This document shows positions 1 to 8,996 of a stretch of 64,000 bases of DNA, in pieces. Source of the DNA: a virus. The first letter of the stretch is position 1, and each line of letters opens with the position of its first letter. Position numbers and translations under genes: made by a program. The DNA is taken from positions 96,001 through 160,000 of the IMG/VR virus record IMGVR_UViG_3300019776_000961; one strand, written 5' to 3'. Below the pieces are notes generated by a model. That model was not told the DNA's origin, did not search any database, and worked only from the letters and a program-made list of their open reading frames with translations.

Positions 1-393
1 ACCGACATCTTTAATTAGACTACTATTCAATAGACTCTGTAATGCAGGAGCAGATATCTTATCTTTAATAGCTTTGCCTGTTGAATCAATTGTACCTGGT
101 AACAAACCAAGTGTGTATTTTAGTTGACTTACAAGAGCGTTAACCTGTAATTGTTTTTCAGATAATTGAATTGTTGGTACTTCAATGCGTGAACTCTTTG
201 GTGAATATGTCCAATAAAAATTATTCACTACATCTACAAAATTAGATGATGAAGATATTCCTGCTGCTTGGCCGGCTGCAGTAGATGCAGTAGTACTAGC
301 TTTATCTTGTGTTGGTACTAAAGTTGGTAGTTGTATAGGTGCACCGGGATCAGGCGCAGCAGCAGCTTGTAAACTTTGAATACCCCAAATCAT
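1..393 (-). CDS. Partial late structural gene (runs off the left edge), possibly baseplate/tail-tube cap
   Basis: Manually translated open frame MIWGIQSLQAAAAPDPGAP... from ATG at 393 with no stop to base 1; TAAATA box 5 nt upstream; follows the tail module. Confidence 0.55.
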   Translation of the reverse strand, partial: MIWGIQSLQAAAAPDPGAPIQLPTLVPTQDKASTTASTAAGQAAGISSSSNFVDVVNNFYWTYSPKSSRIEVPTIQLSEKQLQVNALVSQLKYTLGLLPGTIDSTGKAIKDKISAPALQSLLNSSLIKDVG

Positions 394-398
394 ATGTA

Positions 399-404
399 TA
401 TTTA
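399..404 (-). promoter_or_regulatory. Late promoter box TAAATA (reuses the upstream TAA stop)
   Basis: 5 nt before ATG 393. Confidence 0.55.
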
Positions 405-2612
405 GTTAAGCTTCCAGCGGCCGCCTCGTAGTCCGCCTTGTGTATTTGCACCAAAAATAGTAGTAGGATTGCTTATACTATTAAATGTATTATTAGTATT
501 TTTTAGAGAAAAATCTTTTTGTGAAGTTGCTTCAGTAAAATCCTTAATATTATCTAAATGATCGTTTGCTTGCTTTTGATTAGTTACAAGCTGAGCGAGC
601 TTATCATTCATCTGCTGCAGCTGTGTTGTCATACTATCAAGCGTTTTAGAGGCAGGTGAATTTTCAAGTAAGCTAGGTGGTGTAGCAAGATCAACAGGAG
701 CTGGAGCTATTAATTTAGCAGAGCTTGATAGGCTAATTTTTGTATTATCTGTATCTTTTAATTGTTCACTAATTTCATCCTTCCGCGTCTTGAGTCCCTC
801 AATTTCTTGTTTTAAGCGTTCACGTTCTGCTGCTAAATCATCATACAACTCGCCCAAAATATGATCAAATGACGCATTGGTACGTGAACCCTTAAGTGTA
901 CTCTCCGGGGCATTGCCAAATTGCTTACTAAGACCTGCTATCTTTTCATTTATTTTGTCAATTTTACTCTGTGCAATACCTATATCAATATCTTGTTTTT
1001 CTACTCTTAATTCCTTTCGACGTTTATCGAGTTTTACTTGTTCAGCTGGACTTGTAGCAGCCTGACGTGCTTTAAGAATACGGTCTTGCTCTTCTGTATT
1101 AGTATTTGTCTGACTATATCTTTTGTTAATAACGGCTGTGGTTGCAGCACCTGCAATAGCGCGTTGCTTTTCCATTAACGTCATATTATCAGTGATATGC
1201 AGATCTTTAAACGCATCGGTTACATTTAATACAGTTCTTAACATTCCACTAAAGCCTGGACTAATTTTATCAAGCTTATTAAGACCAGCAGACTGCTTAC
1301 CATAATCACTACTAAAGATATCACCGATACAGCTTATTAAGTCAACTGCCTGACCAATTATCTCACCTATACGAGCAAAAAATGATGTAACCTTTTCAAT
1401 AATGTTTTTAATTGCTACTTTTGCAATATCACCAAGATTAACTTTCTCACCTGGTGCGAGATTCTTTGCAGCTTCCTGAGCAAAAGATGATTCAAAAATA
1501 TTACCTGTAAGTGCTGTAAGTGTGTCAGATATTGGACTGAAGATTGGAAAATATTTAGATAAGATCTCAAATCCTTTTATCATGCCGTCTCTGTCACCGG
1601 CTGATACAAGCCCAAACACTTCTGTAATATGTTTGAATGTATCACTAATACCTGAAAAGGAATCGGTCACCATTTGTTTTATATTACTCCATACAGACTG
1701 AAAAGAAATATTTTTAAAGGTAGAAGTTAATCCACCAGGTGCAAGTATTTTCTGCTTTGCACCTTTACCTCCTAATATTTCTGCGATAAATTCTGAACCC
1801 GGTATTGCAAAAGCAAGATGCTTAAACCCTTCTTTCCAGTGTCCGCTTGTAAATGCCTTAAATGCATCATACACATCAAAGAACCTTCCAATAAATGGTA
1901 ACCCTCTAAGCCATTCACTAATCGTTTTATCTTGTGGTTTAATTTTGCTTACCAAACCTAAAAGTGTGTTTTTGATACCACCTTTTTTAATACTTTCAAA
2001 AAGATTGCGTACACCGGGTAGCTTCATAGCACCATATGTAAGTGCTGTTATACCACCAAATAATAATAAGAATGGGGTAAGAAATTTAAATATACCACCT
2101 TGACTCTGTTTATCAGATTTTTGACTTTGTACTTCCTTAAGAAGTGATCCAATCTTATTATCAGTACTTGTTATTCTTTGTAGCATTAGCTTTTGCTGCT
2201 TAAGCTGTAGCTGTTGTGCCATCAAAGGTGCAGGATCTCTTAGCTCTTTCTTACTTACGGCATCTGATCCTGTCTTAGTAAGAAAAGTGTCCTGTAAAGC
2301 TCTAAATCCACTAGTTACATTTTTTGAGAGTAATGTTGTCGCTCTTGCTTGTTCCTTTTGACTATTGTTGAGCTGTTCGGTTGACTCTGCAACTCTTTCA
2401 GCGGATTTTGTATTAGTTGATGCATCAGATGCAAATTGATCAGAAATTACCTTTAAACGATCTTTTATCGTTTTAAGATAGGTATCGGATAACGTGTTAA
2501 GCCTATCGCCGATAACGCGTTCTAATTCAGCTATAGCACTTATTTGCTTATCTTGCTTGCTAGCAAGATCGCCGAACACACCATTTAACTGATCATAGGT
2601 AATGCCGTCCAT
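402..2612 (-). CDS. Tape-measure-like protein (gp29 position)
   Basis: 736 aa with coiled-coil ends and a hydrophobic segment (FLTPFLLLFGGITAL); directly after baseplate hub genes; late box upstream. Confidence 0.6.
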   Translation of the reverse strand: MDGITYDQLNGVFGDLASKQDKQISAIAELERVIGDRLNTLSDTYLKTIKDRLKVISDQFASDASTNTKSAERVAESTEQLNNSQKEQARATTLLSKNVTSGFRALQDTFLTKTGSDAVSKKELRDPAPLMAQQLQLKQQKLMLQRITSTDNKIGSLLKEVQSQKSDKQSQGGIFKFLTPFLLLFGGITALTYGAMKLPGVRNLFESIKKGGIKNTLLGLVSKIKPQDKTISEWLRGLPFIGRFFDVYDAFKAFTSGHWKEGFKHLAFAIPGSEFIAEILGGKGAKQKILAPGGLTSTFKNISFQSVWSNIKQMVTDSFSGISDTFKHITEVFGLVSAGDRDGMIKGFEILSKYFPIFSPISDTLTALTGNIFESSFAQEAAKNLAPGEKVNLGDIAKVAIKNIIEKVTSFFARIGEIIGQAVDLISCIGDIFSSDYGKQSAGLNKLDKISPGFSGMLRTVLNVTDAFKDLHITDNMTLMEKQRAIAGAATTAVINKRYSQTNTNTEEQDRILKARQAATSPAEQVKLDKRRKELRVEKQDIDIGIAQSKIDKINEKIAGLSKQFGNAPESTLKGSRTNASFDHILGELYDDLAAERERLKQEIEGLKTRKDEISEQLKDTDNTKISLSSSAKLIAPAPVDLATPPSLLENSPASKTLDSMTTQLQQMNDKLAQLVTNQKQANDHLDNIKDFTEATSQKDFSLKNTNNTFNSISNPTTIFGANTQGGLRGGRWKLN

Positions 2613-2618
2613 TCAAAA

Positions 2619-2625
2619 TATTTAT
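2619..2625 (-). promoter_or_regulatory. Late promoter box ATAAATA
   Basis: 6 nt before the tape-measure ATG. Confidence 0.65.
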
Positions 2626-2635
2626 TCAAAATATT

Positions 2636-3394
2636 TTAAACTGTAAAAAAGCTTCCGTCTATATCAATATTAATATCTTCAATCGCTGTGAATCTAGCTT
2701 CAAATTCTCGATGTGTTTTAATGAATTCGAGAATCTTATTAATTAAAGTAGATGGTAATTTTTCTACAATAGCGATTCTATCTGATGCTTTCGTCTGAAA
2801 GAAATTAATTGTAGTATTATTTTCACCGTTAGTAATTTCTATATTACTAATGAACTTAGTAAGTTCATATACAAATAATTCACTAATAACTGTTTTAAAA
2901 TCATCTGTACTTGTACCAGTCTTGTTAAGAGCGAATGTATTTAGCTCATTGTCAGCTATAAGCGTCGGGGCAGTAACTGTTACTCTTATATTATTATCTT
3001 CATAGACTGCATTGAGAGGCTGTAATGCTGTGTCTATTGAAGGGATGTCGTTAAGTTTGTTTGTTAAATCGTATGTCTTATCATTAACCTTGTATTGACT
3101 ATCAAGACTACGGGCTCGAAAAGCTAAGGCAATAGCTGACCGGTCAAAAGTATAGAGTAATTCTGTACTGACGGTATCGAGAATATTTTCCTTTATTACG
3201 CTAAAGAAGAATGTATTAAAAGAAAGCTTAGTAAGACTTTCGTCGATAGACGACTTAAGAAGTCCTTTTTGTTGCTTTAAATTTAAAGGTTTGAATTTGA
3301 CTGTACGCTTTAAGGATGGCACAAATACGTCAAAACCATTCTCTGTATTGAGTGTATCTAATTGCTTTAGTACATCGCTGATATTACTGCTCAT
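2636..3394 (-). CDS. gp26: Baseplate hub subunit, gp26-like
   Basis: N-terminal VFVPSLKRTVKFKPLNLKQQKGLL and C-terminal GSFF resemble the T4-like gp26 family. Confidence 0.7.
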   Translation of the reverse strand: MSSNISDVLKQLDTLNTENGFDVFVPSLKRTVKFKPLNLKQQKGLLKSSIDESLTKLSFNTFFFSVIKENILDTVSTELLYTFDRSAIALAFRARSLDSQYKVNDKTYDLTNKLNDIPSIDTALQPLNAVYEDNNIRVTVTAPTLIADNELNTFALNKTGTSTDDFKTVISELFVYELTKFISNIEITNGENNTTINFFQTKASDRIAIVEKLPSTLINKILEFIKTHREFEARFTAIEDINIDIDGSFFTV

Positions 3395-3420
3395 ATTATT
3401 ATATATACACTATATATCGG

Positions 3421-4308
3421 TTAGCCAGTTCTTGGTGCAAGTGGATTAGGATTTCTTGCTGATTGTTTTTCTGCTTTTTCTTTTGCTGCTTGCTCCTCTT
3501 TGTATAGATTAATATAGATCGTCAATTCGGCTAATGTAGAGTTGGATATCAATTCATACGGTATTTTAAGCTTAGATGAAAGGTAGTACTCTAATTCATA
3601 CATTGAATTCAAATCGCGCTTAAAACATAGCTTAAGAAACTCAAGTACAGAATTGCTAAACAAATCGGTATTTATTTTAATATTTTTATTGTCGTCAGTA
3701 GATGAGAATGTAACCGATAGAAGTGTTAGCTCACTTATCTTATCATTTATTTTATTAATATGTTCATTAGCATCTTTAAAAACTGCTGCAGGTAGTAGTT
3801 CTATTAACTCATTTTTCTTATCTGTAACATCAACGTCTTTAATACGAATTTTTCGTATTGTGGATATAATAGCGTCTTCTCTGTTAGTAAAGAAAAATTC
3901 ATCAGGTATTCCGTATGTAATCTTAATGTCATTAAGGTAAGTCACTGTTATACTGTTAAGCTCTGTAAATAAACTCAGCTTATCAATTTTATCAATTACA
4001 TCAAGTATATTAAAAGATAAATTAATTGAATTCTCTGTCTCTGGATGCTTTACAACTAGTTCGAGAAATGGCGATACACAGACTGCTCGTATGGTTAATA
4101 ATATTATTAGTTTGTCTAAAAACGTAATATCACTAATACTATTTTTACAACAACTAGTTATTATTTCATTAAATGCAGTGATTATATACTCATCATTGTT
4201 ATTGAGTATAAGTTTAGCAAGCTGCTTGTAACTACTAAAAGGTACTTCAGTTAACCTAACGGTCTTATTTAAACTCGGCAAAAAAGCGGAGTATAAAAAT
4301 TTCTGCAT
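3421..4308 (-). CDS. gp26-like baseplate hub paralog with gp51-like C-terminus
   Basis: N-terminal FLPSLNKTVRL parallels the adjacent gp26; C-terminal MYELEYYLSSKLKIPYELISNSTLAELTIYINLYKEE resembles the small gp51-like hub-assembly ORFs. Confidence 0.5.
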   Translation of the reverse strand: MQKFLYSAFLPSLNKTVRLTEVPFSSYKQLAKLILNNNDEYIITAFNEIITSCCKNSISDITFLDKLIILLTIRAVCVSPFLELVVKHPETENSINLSFNILDVIDKIDKLSLFTELNSITVTYLNDIKITYGIPDEFFFTNREDAIISTIRKIRIKDVDVTDKKNELIELLPAAVFKDANEHINKINDKISELTLLSVTFSSTDDNKNIKINTDLFSNSVLEFLKLCFKRDLNSMYELEYYLSSKLKIPYELISNSTLAELTIYINLYKEEQAAKEKAEKQSARNPNPLAPRTG

Positions 4309-4322
4309 GTATATAATTATGC

Positions 4323-5231
4323 TTAACCCCCGACAGGGCTATATGGAGGACCAAAGGTACCGACACCAGAAGTAATATTAGGGAACCCGCTCTTGACGTA
4401 ATTTGATATAATTGCTCCAATAGGTAGATACAAGTTGTCAGCAACAGTATAATTAGAGTAAGTCCAACGAGTAGGTATTGTGGCAAGATGCTCTTCTGTA
4501 TACTCAAGTGTTTGTTCACCTACGTTAAAAGGAGCACAATTAAAGAATTGCCATACTTTTCTAGGTATCATTGAAGTGTTTTGCAATGATCTTGTATATT
4601 GAAGAATAGAAATATTAGTTTTAATATTTTTTGGATCTTTTACAGCTATTAAATTTGTAGCGGAATCACCAGGTCTCGATGCAAGACCATAGTGTGCTGT
4701 AAGAATTGACCACGGTCTAATGACAGAATCAACAAACGATGTATTTGTTTCTCTAAATGTTATTGCGAGTGTTGGTGGTTCAGTAGATCTACCATTGGCA
4801 ACAACACCAGGTAGAAAGCCTCTATTGTTAGCAACAGTGACAGAACCAATATCTAATTGTTCAGATGGAATCGTGACTTCGTGTGCAAATAAGCAACCTA
4901 TTACACTTTGAAATGGATAAGATCCAAGAGCTGCAACGGCTGATGAAATATCAAATCCGTGCTTACTTCCGTCGGTGCGCTCAAGAGATTGAAGAATATT
5001 TGAATTAAGAGCGGACGGAAAGCGTTGAATGACGATTATCCATTGAGTCGTCATGGGGATCGTGGTTAACCACGAATCCATTTGTGTTAAAAAATACTCC
5101 TGTGTGCTTACGAGAGGCTTACCGGGGATATTGAATCCGATAAGCTGTGTTATCTGAGGAGCAAACGGCGGGTTTGTACCGTTTAATAACCCGCCGATGT
5201 TTGTTAGTGCCTCTGTAAATGGATCATTCAC
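4323..5231 (-). CDS. Tail-tube-fold baseplate protein (gp54/gp48-like)
   Basis: LAITFRETNTSFVDSVIRPW and WQFFNCAPFNV...TRWTYSNY tube-fold motifs; next to gp19; GTG start. Confidence 0.6.
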   Translation of the reverse strand: MNDPFTEALTNIGGLLNGTNPPFAPQITQLIGFNIPGKPLVSTQEYFLTQMDSWLTTIPMTTQWIIVIQRFPSALNSNILQSLERTDGSKHGFDISSAVAALGSYPFQSVIGCLFAHEVTIPSEQLDIGSVTVANNRGFLPGVVANGRSTEPPTLAITFRETNTSFVDSVIRPWSILTAHYGLASRPGDSATNLIAVKDPKNIKTNISILQYTRSLQNTSMIPRKVWQFFNCAPFNVGEQTLEYTEEHLATIPTRWTYSNYTVADNLYLPIGAIISNYVKSGFPNITSGVGTFGPPYSPVGG

Positions 5232-5236
5232 CTAAT

Positions 5237-5242
5237 TATTTA
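5237..5242 (-). promoter_or_regulatory. Late promoter box TAAATA
   Basis: 5 nt before GTG 5231. Confidence 0.6.
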
Positions 5243-5258
5243 ATTAAGTGAATGTTAT

Positions 5259-5825
5259 TTAAGCGCTTCTTGTAAAGTAGTGGTAAGAAACGGTAGCAGT
5301 AAACTCTACTGTCTCACCTGTACCGCCTGCAATGTTGTATGTTAATGCACCAACGTTACGTGGTGATACACCGACAAGATTGTATTGTGCTATAGCATTC
5401 ATCTGGTTATCAAGCTGTACGAGACTAATAACTGATGTAGGACCGGGTGTAAAATAATAACCTGTACTATTCTGGTCGTTAAATACGTAACGTGACCAGT
5501 CTTCAAACTTCTGTCTAATCTGCGACTTAGCATCGCAATAGAATGTTAACGTATAAGCATTACTATTTGGATATACAGCATTACCTGGGACATTGAAATT
5601 AAGACCCATATATGGTACAGGTACGTTTGTAATTTCACGCTCTGGTAGTGCAGCACTCTTTACATAAACGAGATCTGATGTCTCACTAAATGTAAGAGGC
5701 TGACCGGCAGCATTGGTTACACCCGGAGTACTAATTGAAAGTACTCGGAAGTTGTAATCACGTGCGAAATCGCGCGCTTGTGCTGCTGTGTAGAAGTCTT
5801 GAATTAATTGATTTACGGATGCCAT
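5259..5825 (-). CDS. gp19: Major tail tube protein
   Basis: SAALPEREITNVPVPYMG, TLTFYCD, RQKFEDW, VEFTATVSYHYF; immediately after the sheath gene. Confidence 0.85.
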   Translation of the reverse strand: MASVNQLIQDFYTAAQARDFARDYNFRVLSISTPGVTNAAGQPLTFSETSDLVYVKSAALPEREITNVPVPYMGLNFNVPGNAVYPNSNAYTLTFYCDAKSQIRQKFEDWSRYVFNDQNSTGYYFTPGPTSVISLVQLDNQMNAIAQYNLVGVSPRNVGALTYNIAGGTGETVEFTATVSYHYFTRSA

Positions 5826-5830
5826 AAAAT

Positions 5831-5836
5831 TATTTA
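5831..5836 (-). promoter_or_regulatory. Late promoter box TAAATA
   Basis: 5 nt before the gp19 ATG. Confidence 0.65.
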
Positions 5837-5840
5837 GTCG

Positions 5841-8357
5841 TTATGCTACAAGTTCAGTGAAGTTCTGATTTGTTCTAGTTGCGTAGAAGTTCACCAAGAT
5901 GAACTCTGCAGATCTTACTGGCTTGAGGTAGATATCAACTACAAGTGAGTTATCATCAATTACAGCAGGTGTATTATTACGTTCATCACAAATGATGAGG
6001 TAGTCATATAGACCCTGTGTATTCTTAGCGACATCAAAGATCGGTGTAAGAACGTTGATGATGTTTGTTCTTGTGAAGAGTGTGTTTGGCTCGAATACGT
6101 AGTAACGTACTGTCTGCTTAACTTGTGTCTCAAGTGTGAGGAACAAGCGACGTACATTAATACGATCGAATGCACTTGGAAGCTTCTGTGCTGTCTTCTG
6201 ACCGAAGATTACGAAACCTTCGTTCGGGAAATATGCAACAGGGTTGAGTGAGATCGAATAGAGTTGATCGCGTTCCTTTTGATTTGCATAGTAACCGAGA
6301 TCTGTTACGTTGTTTATGACACCGCGTGTGAATCCTGCTGGTGCGTACCAAGGGTAGAAGTTTGAATCTGTATTACCCATTGCTGCAGCCGCAAAGCCAG
6401 AGAACGGAACCCAGACCTGACTATTTGATACTGAGTCATAAACCTGTGCAATATTTGCATATGCGCAAGCATAACTTGTATTGATAGTTGAGAATTGATT
6501 ACGTAGCGGCCAGTAGATGTTCTGTGAGAAACTCTTGTTTGGATCGGCTAGTGTTTTGAGATTGTTACCCTCTACGAAGATATTGGTAATAGGATCTGCA
6601 ATAAAGAGGTGATCTCTACGTGTTGCACTTGCAAATGTAACAAACGGCTGAACTGCAGCAAGATAGTTTGCTACCATTGCAGGTTGTGATCCGATTTGCT
6701 GTGCTGTAAGAGCGTATAGCTGACTGTCGAAAGGTACAGTATCATCAAAATAACCTGATGTTGCAGGATTTAAGGAATTGACGAAAATTGTACCTAGACC
6801 AGCTTCTGTTACAATCGAAAGCGGATAGATATCCGAATTTGAAATGTAGTTAAGCATGTTTGTAACCTTGCCGGGCACGTCGCCAATTACCTTTGTTGAG
6901 AGATTTGTCTGTGCATATACACCAAGCGGCATTAACTTACTTGTAGTACCAAGTGAATTCATTAGACCTGCTACAACACCTGATGGTGCACCGATACGTG
7001 TTTCATACGAACCAGCGACATATTGGAAGTTACCGAAGTCAGCAGAAAGCGATACGTTATATGCAGTAACCGTGGCTATTGCTGTTTTATTAAGAACGGT
7101 GTTAAGACTGATACCGTTAGGATATAAAGCTGAAAGTGTATTTGAGTTAGTAAATACACCAGCAGAAACTGCAGATGTACATGTACCTGTTGTAATACTG
7201 TCAGACTCACCGGTTATTGGAAGATCTTTATCAGAACTTAAGAAACGTACTGTCTTTGTAGGATTACCGGAAAGATCAAGCCATGAAGTACCAACATTAC
7301 GGTTTGAAATATATGGGTTAACGAGTGAGACAATATTTTGTGAAGTATTATCTACATTTTCTAAGAAGAAGCTTACTGGCTGACCACCTGTTGTAACACT
7401 CTGCTGTCTGTAATAGTCAAGTGATGCAACATAACTTTCCTGAAGAACATAATCAAGTGCAATTGTATCAGGTGAGAAGACAGATTGACGTAGCTTAAAG
7501 AGACCTAATGAAATTGTATCATTCCACTTTGGTGTAGATGTTGTGAATGTCGGAATATTTTCGAGTACCTCAGAAACACTGCCAGCTGGTGATGTTGGTG
7601 TTGCAGATAACGGGAAGTTGAGGCGTGCATTCGGTATAGAGATGTATGATGTGCCGTTTGTTGTTGAACCACCAGCATATTGAGCTGTTGCAGTACTGTT
7701 GACTGTGAATACAGCGTTTATATCGTTATAATTGATAGCAGGGTTATGGTTGGTATTATCGATAACACCGAGATACAGACCTTCAAAACGTTGATTAATG
7801 GTGGACTGTGAATTGTTGAGAACGATGAGACCAGCTTGACCGAGCTGTGAAACATCGGTAAATGTTGTAATACCCTGTGTATCGGTCTGCCATGTAAAGG
7901 CATTGCCCGATTGAATAGCGAGGTACTGATTTTGTGAAAGTGTAATATGGGTTGGCTGACCAAAGAAAATTGTACTTGCAGATAGTGCAGTAGCAGAGAG
8001 ACTTGTTGATGTTAGGCCGTTAGTATAAGAAACAACAGGATAAACAAGGGCACTGTACTGATTTGATGTACCAATACCAAGAGCACTGCCATAAGCTAAT
8101 CTAAAAACTTGAATATTTGAATTCGATGTAAAGGCTGCCTTTACAGTATAGTAAAAATATCTTTCTGCAGCATTAGTTGGCTGACCGAAAATTTGTTCAA
8201 ATTCAGAAAGACTACTTACCTGTATAGGTTCAGCAACGGGACCCTTAGGAGCGAAGCCTGGAATAAAAATTGTTGTAGGAGGTGCACCAACTGCTCTTAA
8301 TGAAAGATCAACCTCGTTGATCTGTACACCTGGACTCTGAATTGTACGATTTGCCAT
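5841..8357 (-). CDS. gp18: Contractile tail sheath protein
   Basis: SPGVQINEVDLS N-terminus; PWYAPAGFTRG, FGQKT, SAFDRINVRRLF, ICDERNNTP, IYLKPVRSAEFI. Confidence 0.97.
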   Translation of the reverse strand: MANRTIQSPGVQINEVDLSLRAVGAPPTTIFIPGFAPKGPVAEPIQVSSLSEFEQIFGQPTNAAERYFYYTVKAAFTSNSNIQVFRLAYGSALGIGTSNQYSALVYPVVSYTNGLTSTSLSATALSASTIFFGQPTHITLSQNQYLAIQSGNAFTWQTDTQGITTFTDVSQLGQAGLIVLNNSQSTINQRFEGLYLGVIDNTNHNPAINYNDINAVFTVNSTATAQYAGGSTTNGTSYISIPNARLNFPLSATPTSPAGSVSEVLENIPTFTTSTPKWNDTISLGLFKLRQSVFSPDTIALDYVLQESYVASLDYYRQQSVTTGGQPVSFFLENVDNTSQNIVSLVNPYISNRNVGTSWLDLSGNPTKTVRFLSSDKDLPITGESDSITTGTCTSAVSAGVFTNSNTLSALYPNGISLNTVLNKTAIATVTAYNVSLSADFGNFQYVAGSYETRIGAPSGVVAGLMNSLGTTSKLMPLGVYAQTNLSTKVIGDVPGKVTNMLNYISNSDIYPLSIVTEAGLGTIFVNSLNPATSGYFDDTVPFDSQLYALTAQQIGSQPAMVANYLAAVQPFVTFASATRRDHLFIADPITNIFVEGNNLKTLADPNKSFSQNIYWPLRNQFSTINTSYACAYANIAQVYDSVSNSQVWVPFSGFAAAAMGNTDSNFYPWYAPAGFTRGVINNVTDLGYYANQKERDQLYSISLNPVAYFPNEGFVIFGQKTAQKLPSAFDRINVRRLFLTLETQVKQTVRYYVFEPNTLFTRTNIINVLTPIFDVAKNTQGLYDYLIICDERNNTPAVIDDNSLVVDIYLKPVRSAEFILVNFYATRTNQNFTELVA

Positions 8358-8363
8358 ATAAAG

Positions 8364-8371
8364 TATTTATA
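8364..8371 (-). promoter_or_regulatory. T4-type late promoter TATAAATA
   Basis: Perfect consensus 6 nt before the gp18 ATG. Confidence 0.8.
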
Positions 8372-8396
8372 TTTTTTTGATTGAACTTTTTAAAGT

Positions 8397-8996
8397 TTAG
8401 AAACTTTCTATATCAGAAGTCACAAGAGACACTAATAATTGCGAGTAGCTATATGTAAAAGATGATTCTATCTCAGTACCGTCCCTGTAACTGTACTCTA
8501 TGCCACCGAGAGACGTAGGAAATGCGTCAGTGTACTTAAATTCTACTACTCTCTTATTGTATTCATCGAGTGCAAAAATAGAAATATTAGTTCTATATTC
8601 GAAGTTTGATGACTTACCTGATGTTATATTATTGGCGTCATAAACACCTGTTTTATCATGATTAAGCAGATTAAGCCAGCTGTAAATAGTCCAATAATTA
8701 TTGAATCTATTATCAACAGTAAAACTTACAGTATTAGGTGCAAAGACGTTACGGGTATGGCTTGAAGCAGCAAGAGTCTGACCAGAATATCTTATATCAA
8801 CAGGAGGTATTTCAATAGACGGCACTATTGCACCGAAAACAGAAAACTTAATACTATCAGGTATGACGGTATTATTGTTACGGTTGAAATTTGATTCATG
8901 GTTTTTGAAACATTTCGGTAGATCAAAAGCCATGAGAAATTTATCTTTTCTCGACTTATTGAATGGACTCTGTGTATAGACTGCAGCGTTTGACAT
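8397..8996 (-). CDS. gp3: Tail completion / sheath stabilizer, gp3-like
   Basis: FTVDNRFNNYWTIYSWL and FKYTDAFPTSLGGIEY motifs typical of gp3/tube fold; start overlaps the terminase C-half stop (TAATG). Confidence 0.65.
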   Translation of the reverse strand: MSNAAVYTQSPFNKSRKDKFLMAFDLPKCFKNHESNFNRNNNTVIPDSIKFSVFGAIVPSIEIPPVDIRYSGQTLAASSHTRNVFAPNTVSFTVDNRFNNYWTIYSWLNLLNHDKTGVYDANNITSGKSSNFEYRTNISIFALDEYNKRVVEFKYTDAFPTSLGGIEYSYRDGTEIESSFTYSYSQLLVSLVTSDIESF

